Assembly (NCBI GenBank): GCA_030832185.1
Contig: JAURJQ010000011.1
Coordinates: 16,339 to 80,338 of the forward strand
Direction: 5' to 3'
DNA from: Chitinophagales bacterium
GTDB lineage: Bacteria; Bacteroidota; Bacteroidia; Chitinophagales; JADJOU01
DNA length: 64,000 nucleotides
Shown here: piece by piece, positions 19,315-26,984 of the stretch
How the letters are laid out: each line of letters starts with the position of its first letter
How positions within the stretch are numbered: the first letter of the stretch is position 1
The notes under the pieces: generated by a model
Told to the model about the DNA's origin: nothing
Seen by the model: the letters and a program-made list of their open reading frames with translations, nothing else
The model's database searches: none
Position numbers and translations under genes: made by a program

Positions 19315-19560
19315 GCTAGCACGAGTTTGTAACTCGTCCTAAGAGAGAAATTTAGTAAACTCCGCCCGTCAAGGTGTTGCCACCTTGGCGCAGAAGTTAA
19401 CTATGATACATACCTGAAAAAATAGAATAGATACATGATTCAAGGTCTCAAGACCTTTAATGGCGAGGGGATGTATATTACTATTAACTGCTATAATGAG
19501 CACGAGTTAGAAACTCGCGCTAGCAAGGGCAAGACCTTTAATGGCGAGGACATATACTCT
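19315..19560. repeat. MITE-like element with terminal inverted repeats plus a 19-nt direct repeat
   Basis: gctagcacgagtttgtaactcgtcct (19315-19340) versus the reverse complement of gagcacgagttagaaactcgcgctagc (19498-19524) gives 23/26 identity. A perfect 10-bp hairpin is at 19367-19390. aagacctttaatggcgagg is repeated exactly at 19450-19468 and 19531-19549. Confidence 0.6.
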
Positions 19561-19561
19561 T

Positions 19562-19774
19562 TCACTTCAGCATATCCAAATACAACTCCTCCACTTTCTT
19601 TCTAGCCCATTCCGTTTTTCGAAGAAATTTCAAACTCGACTTGATACTAGGATCCGAAATAAAGCAATTGATCCGAATCAATTCACCTAGTCTTTCCCAG
19701 CCATAATGAGCATGAAGTTCGGTGACGATAGATTCTAAAGTCTTATTGTGTAAAGGATTATTTTTCTGAGTCAT
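19562..19774 (-). CDS. VF530/DUF2132 family small DNA-binding protein
   Basis: The 70 aa sequence [33 protein letters not shown]...[18 protein letters not shown] is typical of DUF2132. Confidence 0.75.
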   Translation of the reverse strand: MTQKNNPLHNKTLESIVTELHAHYGWERLGELIRINCFISDPSIKSSLKFLRKTEWARKKVEELYLDMLK

Positions 19775-19901
19775 AAACTAAATACAAAAATAAGATCCTA
19801 AAATCAAATGCTTAATGTTTTCCATTATAGGATTTTGGAATATTAAATCTGTTTTTTCACCCTTTGTTGGTGTTATTCACCAACGTACAAAACAATTCGT
19901 T

Positions 19902-21368
19902 CTAATTACTCCTCAAATTAAAACTAGGCAGCGTATCTCTAAACCCTGTCTCACCTTCTACTTGATATTTACTCAATTTTTTTTGCTCAACCAAGGCCCA
20001 GAGAACAAATTCTTTCATAAATGAACTGTCTTTTTCAGAGGTATTTGGGGTGTATTTTTGCATTAGATTTATTAAAGGCTTGATTTTAGATAAAGTGGAA
20101 TCATAAGTTTTGTCATCTATTAAATCGGGTAATGTAAAATCATCATTCTCTATAAACCAATCCACTACTTTGGTATAAGGTCCATCCACTCCGGGTTTTT
20201 CTAGCTTTTCGATTTTTGGAAACATTCGTATAAATAAGTTAGATATGGCTCTACCTATCAACTGCTCAGCAACCCAGCGAGAACCTTCTTGCTCTCCTTC
20301 ATATACGAGTTCTATTTTGCCCGTCATAGCAGGAATCAATGAACCAAAATCACTTAATCTCACTTTCGTTTCAGAATGCCCACCTTTTAAGCATCGCAAT
20401 TCTGCTGAACTCACCAATGCTTCTAATGCAGAAATACTCAATCGAGCACTGACACCACTTTTTGCATCTATGAACTCACTTGACCTTGCTTCAAATGTGA
20501 TTTGTTCTATAATATCTCTGGCCAACTCAGGTACATATATTTTAGCTAACTGTTCCTGGTCTAATTTAGCTTCTTGCTCCGTTATTTTTCTAGCGAGATC
20601 GATTGTTTTTGGATAATGGGTTAAAATTTGAGCACCGATTCTATCTTTTAGCGGCGTGATAATACTGCCTCTATTAGTATAGTCCTCCGGATTGGCGGTA
20701 AATACAAATTGAATATCTAGAGGAAAGCGGAATTTGAATCCTCGAATCTGAACATCCCCTTCTTGGAGAATATTAAATAAAGAAACTTGAATACGAGCTT
20801 GTAAATCGGGCAATTCATTGATAACAAAAATACAACGATTGGCTCGTGGTATCATACCGAAGTGAATGACGCGTTCATCAGCATAGGTCAGTTTGTGATT
20901 GACTGCTTTGATAGGATCTACATCGCCGATAAGATCAGAAACAGTGACATCAGGAGTTGCCAATTTTTCTGAAAATCGCTCAGATCTGTGTATCCAAGAA
21001 ATTGGTGTTTTATCACCTAAAGTTTCGATTTGTTGCTTTCCATAATATGACATAGGCTGGAATGGATTATCCATAACCTCCGATCCTTCAATTACAGGTA
21101 CATATTCATCGAGTAAATTGATCATCAATCGAGCGATTTTAGTTTTTGCCTGACCTCTGAGTCCCAATAAATTAATATTGTGCTTAGATAAAATAGCTCG
21201 CTCCAATTCTGGAATTACCGTATGCTCATAGCCATGAATATTAGGAAAAGGATTTTTTCCAGCGCTCAAGATAGCGACTAGATTATCTTTTAATTCTTGC
21301 TTGATAGATTTGACTTGATACTTGGCTTTTTTTAATTCTCCAAAAGTTTTGATAGTCGTGACTTGCAT
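19902..21368 (-). CDS. AAA+ ATPase, Mg-chelatase ChlI/BchI-like (often auto-annotated as sigma-54 interaction domain protein)
   Basis: Walker A-like GLRGQAKTKIAR. The Walker B region reads IFVINELPDL (N in place of the usual D). It is paired with a downstream vWA gene. Confidence 0.7.
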   Translation of the reverse strand: MQVTTIKTFGELKKAKYQVKSIKQELKDNLVAILSAGKNPFPNIHGYEHTVIPELERAILSKHNINLLGLRGQAKTKIARLMINLLDEYVPVIEGSEVMDNPFQPMSYYGKQQIETLGDKTPISWIHRSERFSEKLATPDVTVSDLIGDVDPIKAVNHKLTYADERVIHFGMIPRANRCIFVINELPDLQARIQVSLFNILQEGDVQIRGFKFRFPLDIQFVFTANPEDYTNRGSIITPLKDRIGAQILTHYPKTIDLARKITEQEAKLDQEQLAKIYVPELARDIIEQITFEARSSEFIDAKSGVSARLSISALEALVSSAELRCLKGGHSETKVRLSDFGSLIPAMTGKIELVYEGEQEGSRWVAEQLIGRAISNLFIRMFPKIEKLEKPGVDGPYTKVVDWFIENDDFTLPDLIDDKTYDSTLSKIKPLINLMQKYTPNTSEKDSSFMKEFVLWALVEQKKLSKYQVEGETGFRDTLPSFNLRSN

Positions 21369-21400
21369 TGAAATATAAAATTGTAAAGTTTAAGAAGTAT

Positions 21401-22549
21401 TTAATTTAATCGTTTTCGTCTATTTTTTTCATAATCAGTGAAGATCATATCGCCCAATCCATTGATTCCTGTATATATGGCCTTACCACCGTTGGCTGCG
21501 GTAAATTCATCTACAAACTGCTGCAGATAAGAGTCCTGAGCTATCATAAATGTTGTAATTGGTATATGCAGCCTTCGCGCTCGCTGGGCCATACTATAGC
21601 ATTGGTCTACTATATATTCATCAAGACCATTGCTGTTTTTATAATATTCTCCATTAGGCTCTATGACACAGCTCGGCTTCCCATCGGTAATCATAAATAT
21701 CTGTTTATTGGTGTTTTTCTTACGACGAAGAATATCCATAGCCAGTTGAAGACCGGCCACTGTATTAGTATGATAAGGACCTACTTGCAGATAAGGTAGA
21801 TCTTTTACTTCGATAGACCAGGCATCATTTCCGAAAACGATAATATCCAGCGTATCTTTAGGATATCTAGTAGCAATAAGTTCTGAGAGTGCCATAGCCA
21901 CTTTTTTTGCAGGAGTGATACGATCTTCTCCATATAAAATCATACTATGACTGATATCAATCATAAGTACCGTGCTCATTTGTACCTTGAAATAACTTTC
22001 TTCAATCACCAAATCATTTTCATCCAGCTGCCAATCCTCCCCGTTATGATTTTTTTGCGCATTTTTAAGTGATTCAGTCATAGCGATTTTATCTATAGCA
22101 TCGCCAAATTCAAATGCGCGATGATCTCCGGATGATTCGTCCCCAGCGCCTGAATGATTGGTACTATGATTTCCTGCACCAGAGCGCTTGAGTGAGCCAA
22201 ATATTTGCTCCAAGGCATGCTGACGGAGTGTGCGCTCCATTTTTCCAGTCAATCCCATTCCTTCGTCATCGCCTGAAGTGCCAGATTTTGGTTTGATATA
22301 ATGACGTTTTAATAAATCTTCTACGAAATCATCCATAGAATATTCAGGAGTAGTAAATTTGTATTCCTTGTCTAGGATTCTCATCCAACTTATAGTTTCA
22401 TCAAAATCGCCAGACGTATGTATCAATAATTCTTTGAATATATCAAATAATCGATCGAAATCACTAAGTTCGGGAGCTACATATTGTCCAAATTTCCAAC
22501 CTATGGAAAATAAATTATTTCTAAAATCGTGAGGATTTACTTCGTTCAT
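21401..22549 (-). CDS. von Willebrand factor A (vWA) domain protein, BchD/CoxE-like
   Basis: MIDAS motif VLMIDISHSM (DxSxS) and ...IFMITDGKP... in the C-terminal half. A Gly/Ser/His-rich linker is present (SGAGNHSTNHSGAGDESSGDH). Confidence 0.8.
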   Translation of the reverse strand: MNEVNPHDFRNNLFSIGWKFGQYVAPELSDFDRLFDIFKELLIHTSGDFDETISWMRILDKEYKFTTPEYSMDDFVEDLLKRHYIKPKSGTSGDDEGMGLTGKMERTLRQHALEQIFGSLKRSGAGNHSTNHSGAGDESSGDHRAFEFGDAIDKIAMTESLKNAQKNHNGEDWQLDENDLVIEESYFKVQMSTVLMIDISHSMILYGEDRITPAKKVAMALSELIATRYPKDTLDIIVFGNDAWSIEVKDLPYLQVGPYHTNTVAGLQLAMDILRRKKNTNKQIFMITDGKPSCVIEPNGEYYKNSNGLDEYIVDQCYSMAQRARRLHIPITTFMIAQDSYLQQFVDEFTAANGGKAIYTGINGLGDMIFTDYEKNRRKRLN

Positions 22550-22567
22550 TATATCGTAACTAATTTT

Positions 22568-23143
22568 TTATAATTTGGATATAATCTCATCCGATACTGG
22601 AGATACACTGCTTGGAAAATAAGCTAGCCAAAAACCATTTTCGTCTATCAAGAATTTATTGAAATTCCAGTTAATGGTAGCATTCGAAACACCATTCTCC
22701 GCTTTATTACATAAAAAATTAAAAATAGGAGCTATTTCAGAGCCTTTTGTAGATAGTTTAGAAGCCATGATAAAGCTTACACCATAGTTTTTCTGACAAA
22801 AATTCTTTATTTCTTCATTAGAGCCCGGCTCTTGACCTCCAAAATCATTTGTAGGTATTCCGATAATCACTAGTTTTTCCTTTTGCACCTTATATAGTTC
22901 CTCTAACTGAGCATACTGTGGAGTATATCCACATTCAGAAGCCGTATTGACGATAAGTATTTTTTTACCTTTAAAATCTGCTAGATTAATTGTATTTCCA
23001 TCGACCTCTATAATACTCAATGAATGGATAGATTTAGGATTTATTTTTTCTTCTCTATTAGTTGTTTCCGACATATTTGTTTGATTGGAATTTGATTTAC
23101 AATTTAAAAAAAGGAGGGAGAATAAAATAGCGGTTAGTTTCAT
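22568..23143 (-). CDS. gpx: Glutathione peroxidase (Cys-type), probable lipoprotein
   Basis: NTASECGYTPQYAQLEELY active-site block and WNFNKFLI. The N-terminus MKLTAILFSLLFLNC has a lipobox-like Cys. Confidence 0.85.
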   Translation of the reverse strand: MKLTAILFSLLFLNCKSNSNQTNMSETTNREEKINPKSIHSLSIIEVDGNTINLADFKGKKILIVNTASECGYTPQYAQLEELYKVQKEKLVIIGIPTNDFGGQEPGSNEEIKNFCQKNYGVSFIMASKLSTKGSEIAPIFNFLCNKAENGVSNATINWNFNKFLIDENGFWLAYFPSSVSPVSDEIISKL

Positions 23144-23533
23144 TGGTCGGTATATGTTTCAGGATAATTAAATGAGTGAGCTTCAATATTATTCATTAAC
23201 AATTTTAAGAGATGAATAAGTTCCTTTAATAGGCTTATTTAACCCAAATTAATTATTAGAAGACAAGAAGCGTTGAACTATATGATTTAGTTGGGTTTAA
23301 TCCCCCTATAGATATTGTTCAATTTTATTTCTCTCTCCTTCGGATTCTGCTGCAAGAGACTCCGAGGACTATATTAATAGAAAGATTAAAAATAGAATAA
23401 ATGAAATACACTGAGTCCTCATTGAGAGAATCATCTAATAGAAAACTTTAAAATCAAAAATTAATTCGTGAATTCGTGGCAAACTCACTTAATTCTTCTT
23501 TTGGTTTTTTCATTCAGTTGAATGATAGTTTTT

Positions 23534-23541
23534 TACCTTTG
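23534..23541 (+). promoter_or_regulatory. -7 box TACCTTTG for the mpl-like gene
   Basis: TAnnTTTG match 16 nt upstream of the ATG at 23557. Confidence 0.45.
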
Positions 23542-23556
23542 CTTTAAAACTAACCA

Positions 23557-25317
23557 ATGCGTATTCATCTCATAGCTATAGGCGGTGCTATCATGCATCA
23601 GATAGCCATTACATCGGCTCGAAAGGGTCATCAGGTCACGGGATCAGATGATGTCATACAAGAACCTTCGCGGTCCCGATTATTAGAAGCGGGTGTACTG
23701 CCAGAAAAGGAAGGGTTTTTCGCTGAATCTATCACACCTGATATAGATATGGTCATTCTGGGGATGCATGCGAGGTTTGATAACCCAGAGCTTGCTAGGG
23801 CTATGGAATTGGGATTGAAGGTGCTCTCATTTCCTGAATTTATTTATGAAAATAGTTTGAATAAAAAACGTGCCGTCATAGCCGGCAGTCATGGTAAAAC
23901 GAGTATTACGTCTATGGTCATGCATTGTCTGAAGGAGCAGAAAATTGATTTTGATTATCTAGTGGGAAGTTCTGTAGCAGGCTTTGACTATAGTGTAAGG
24001 CTCAGTGATGCCCCTATCATAGTGATAGAAGGAGATGAGTATCTAGCTAGTCCTATCAATAAAGAACCTAAGTTTATCTATTATCACGCGCACATAGCTA
24101 CTATCAGCGGCATAGAGTGGGATCATATCAATGTATTTAAGACGGAGGAGATATACAATGCACAGTTTGCCAAACTAGTTCACAGTATGGAGACAGGCGG
24201 AACATTACTTTACTATGCGGACGAAAAGGTAGCCTCTATTGTGCAGAATCTTCGAAGCGATATCGAGATGAAAAGCTATAAGGCTATAGACTATTTGGTA
24301 AAGGATGAAATTTTTACTGCGAAAGTAGATAATGAGATTATACCGCTCTGCGTAATAGGTCGGCATAATATGGAGAATGTACAAGCAGCAAAGCATGTCT
24401 GCGAAGAGCTGGGTATGTCTGAATCGAATTTTTGGAAAGCTATCCAGAGTTTTAATGGCGCGGGTCGTCGATTGGAGAAAATCATAGAAGAGAAGGATCG
24501 CGTCATTTTTAAAGATTTTGCGCATTCGCCTAGTAAATTGGGAGCCACCATAGACGCGGTGAAGGAAAATTACCCTACGAGACATCTTTTGGCTTGTTTT
24601 GAGATGCATACCTATAGTACGCTTACAGAGGAATTTCTACCACAATATCAAGATACTATGAACGTTGCGGATACTGCTATAGTATTTATAGATAAAAAGG
24701 TTATTGAAAAAAAGGGGAGTGTATTATTCACAGAAGGGTTCATTCGAAAGCATTTTCATCGGGATGATTTGATTTTATTTACAGATATCTCTGACTTAGA
24801 AAATTTCTTAAATCAGAAAGCTGGTTTAAATCCTGTTTATCTCATGATGACGAGTGGTGCCTTTGGTGGTTTGGATTTAAAAACTATTGGTCAAACAATT
24901 GCCGAATCAGCGAAGCCAATCGAGACAAAGTCTATGAATTCACTTTTACCCAAAGATACTTTTAATCTGAGATTGGATCTAGATGCAGAGGAAAAACGAA
25001 ACGCTATGTTTCTTTTTTCTCTTTCCTATTTGTTCTTTGTCTTACCTAGCCTCTGGTGGTTTTTAAAAAAGCGCCCTAAAAGCTCACCCGCTTTTCATAA
25101 TCTGATGGTCGAGTTTTTAAATTTTCAGTTGCTTTCGAGTCTCATCTTTGTCATATTGATGTATGTCAATCAGCTCATATTCTTGCCGCTCTATTGGCTT
25201 CCATGGATTTTTCATATTCTCTATACCAGTCAAGCTATTCGTAGATTGAGTATGCAATTAGTGCTAGATTTGCCTCAAGGGCTAGCTATCTTTTTACCTA
25301 AGGTGGATAAGTCTTAG
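23557..25317 (+). CDS. Mpl-like Mur ligase (UDP-N-acetylmuramate:tripeptide ligase family) fused to a C-terminal polytopic membrane domain
   Basis: MRIHLIAIGGAIMHQIAI...GSDD start, GSHGKTSITSM P-loop, and Mur ligase middle and C domains to about residue 455. A charged linker follows, then 3-4 predicted TM helices (FLFSLSYLFFVLPSLWWF, FLNFQLLSSLIFVILMYV, IFLPLYWLPWIFHILY). Confidence 0.75.
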   Translation: MRIHLIAIGGAIMHQIAITSARKGHQVTGSDDVIQEPSRSRLLEAGVLPEKEGFFAESITPDIDMVILGMHARFDNPELARAMELGLKVLSFPEFIYENSLNKKRAVIAGSHGKTSITSMVMHCLKEQKIDFDYLVGSSVAGFDYSVRLSDAPIIVIEGDEYLASPINKEPKFIYYHAHIATISGIEWDHINVFKTEEIYNAQFAKLVHSMETGGTLLYYADEKVASIVQNLRSDIEMKSYKAIDYLVKDEIFTAKVDNEIIPLCVIGRHNMENVQAAKHVCEELGMSESNFWKAIQSFNGAGRRLEKIIEEKDRVIFKDFAHSPSKLGATIDAVKENYPTRHLLACFEMHTYSTLTEEFLPQYQDTMNVADTAIVFIDKKVIEKKGSVLFTEGFIRKHFHRDDLILFTDISDLENFLNQKAGLNPVYLMMTSGAFGGLDLKTIGQTIAESAKPIETKSMNSLLPKDTFNLRLDLDAEEKRNAMFLFSLSYLFFVLPSLWWFLKKRPKSSPAFHNLMVEFLNFQLLSSLIFVILMYVNQLIFLPLYWLPWIFHILYTSQAIRRLSMQLVLDLPQGLAIFLPKVDKS

Positions 25318-25685
25318 GCTTTTTCAAACCACATTGGTGTCTGAGAATTAGGATCGTTGTTGTAATTAATCGTTACCTCTTCTCCTGGCTGAATATCTTT
25401 ATAAGCTATGAAGTGAATTTCTTCCTCTTCGTAGTAGCTCTCATAATCTGCATTAGCAGCACGACTGTGATTGTACAATGAACCATAACCTAGCGCAATG
25501 GCGCTCTGCTTATGGGTGTCGCCCCATAGAAAATAGTAGTTGAATATTTTGGTTTGATCTATAAATTTTCTGTCTTTAGCAGGCATTACTATCATAGGAC
25601 AGATCTCTATCAATTCTCCTTTTTTGATGAATTCATCGGTAAATACTCCTCTTCCTTTGCCTTTGACGTCTTTAATGAATAGCAT
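25314..25685 (-). CDS. SET-domain protein (putative lysine methyltransferase)
   Basis: 123 aa with KGRGVFT, GYGSLYNHS (NHS motif) and EEVTINY, the classical SET signature blocks. Confidence 0.75.
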   Translation of the reverse strand: MLFIKDVKGKGRGVFTDEFIKKGELIEICPMIVMPAKDRKFIDQTKIFNYYFLWGDTHKQSAIALGYGSLYNHSRAANADYESYYEEEEIHFIAYKDIQPGEEVTINYNNDPNSQTPMWFEKA

Positions 25686-25725
25686 ATTTATTAGTTGAAA
25701 ATTTAGTTATTTAGAGCTTTATAAG

Positions 25726-26982
25726 TTAATCTGTATATATCCAACGCTCACTATCCATACGAATGAATGCAAAAATCATAACAGAAAAAGATAAAAGTGA
25801 TGAACCTCCATAACTCAGCGCTGGCAAGGGAATACCTATGACGGGCACAAGTCCTATGGTCATCCCTATATTAATGATAAAATGCATCATAAGCACACAC
25901 ACGATAGCATAACCATAGACCTTAGAGAATTTCGAGCTGTGCTTTTCAGACAAATAGAGGATTCTCATCATTAGAAAAACATATAGACTGATAACAAGTC
26001 CACAGCCCAGAAATCCCCATTCTTCTCCTATAGTGCAGAAGATAAAATCAGTTTCTTTAGCTGGTAAAAAATTCATTTTGGATTGAGTTCCTTTTAAAAA
26101 TCCTTTACCGCTAAACTGCCCTGCTCCTAATGCTATTTTACTTTGTCTTACATTCCAGTCATTACCTCCTTTACCTACTAGTACATTGATTCGATCTTTT
26201 TGGTGTTTATCTAGTTTGTCCATAACTAGATCTATAGATATACTGTAGACGGCGACAAAACTAGTGATGGCCACACCTGCAATAATATATTTATCCAAAT
26301 CTTTACTTTTCCTATTGAAGAAGGCAATGATGATCACTAAAATAATCATACTGAGAATCAGATAGACAGGAGATAGTAGTAGAGATAAAATGGAAATAAT
26401 GATAACAAAAAAGCCAGTAAATATTATATAGTCTGACATTCCAAATCGATTGAGCAAAAAGGCAAAAGATAAGAAGACTAAGGCCGAACCCATATCGTGC
26501 TGGGCTAGAATGAGAATAAAAGGTATTATGATAATACCTAAGGCCATCATCAGTTTTTTAGTATAGGCTAAATTAGTTTCAAGCTCGCTGATATAGTACG
26601 CTAATGCTAGACAGGTTGTAAACTTAGCAAATTCGGACGGTTGAAGTCTGAAGAAACCAAGGTCTATCCATGCTTTAGCGCCATTGACTTCCTTAGCTAT
26701 AAATAATACAACTACGAGGAGTAATAACATGATACCATAATAGGCATAAGCAAAAATGCTAAATACCTTCGAACTCATATTGATAATAATGAATCCGAGT
26801 ATTAGACAGATGCCTATCCAGATTAGCTGCTTTCCATACGTTTGAGATAAATCGTAAATCTTAGGGTGCTCTGGATTATATCCTGCTGCATAGATGGTGA
26901 TGAGGCCTATTAACATAAGAATTAGAAACGTCATTAACAATGGCCAGTCTAATTTATTGAAAATGGAAGGACTTTTAGCCAT
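25726..26982 (-). CDS. rodA: Rod shape-determining protein RodA (SEDS family)
   Basis: 10-TM FtsW/RodA/SpoVE-like sequence (...ETDFIFCTIGEEWGFLG...PLPALSYGGSS...) located immediately downstream of PBP2. Confidence 0.9.
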   Translation of the reverse strand: MAKSPSIFNKLDWPLLMTFLILMLIGLITIYAAGYNPEHPKIYDLSQTYGKQLIWIGICLILGFIIINMSSKVFSIFAYAYYGIMLLLLVVVLFIAKEVNGAKAWIDLGFFRLQPSEFAKFTTCLALAYYISELETNLAYTKKLMMALGIIIIPFILILAQHDMGSALVFLSFAFLLNRFGMSDYIIFTGFFVIIISILSLLLSPVYLILSMIILVIIIAFFNRKSKDLDKYIIAGVAITSFVAVYSISIDLVMDKLDKHQKDRINVLVGKGGNDWNVRQSKIALGAGQFSGKGFLKGTQSKMNFLPAKETDFIFCTIGEEWGFLGCGLVISLYVFLMMRILYLSEKHSSKFSKVYGYAIVCVLMMHFIINIGMTIGLVPVIGIPLPALSYGGSSLLSFSVMIFAFIRMDSERWIYTD

Positions 26983-26984
26983 AC

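Noticed and set aside
20245-20616. 123-aa antisense ORF inside the AAA+ gene. Similar antisense or shadow ORFs are at 1349..1567, 2479..2676, 6781..6972, 17246..17431, 18126..18320, 24205..24609, 27085..27285, 43071..43990, 48270..48609, 52736..52960, 58539..59187 and 59829..60134.
   Set aside because: All are embedded opposite or out of frame within long, well-supported genes. Their composition is low-complexity and they carry no motifs. They are typical shadow ORFs.
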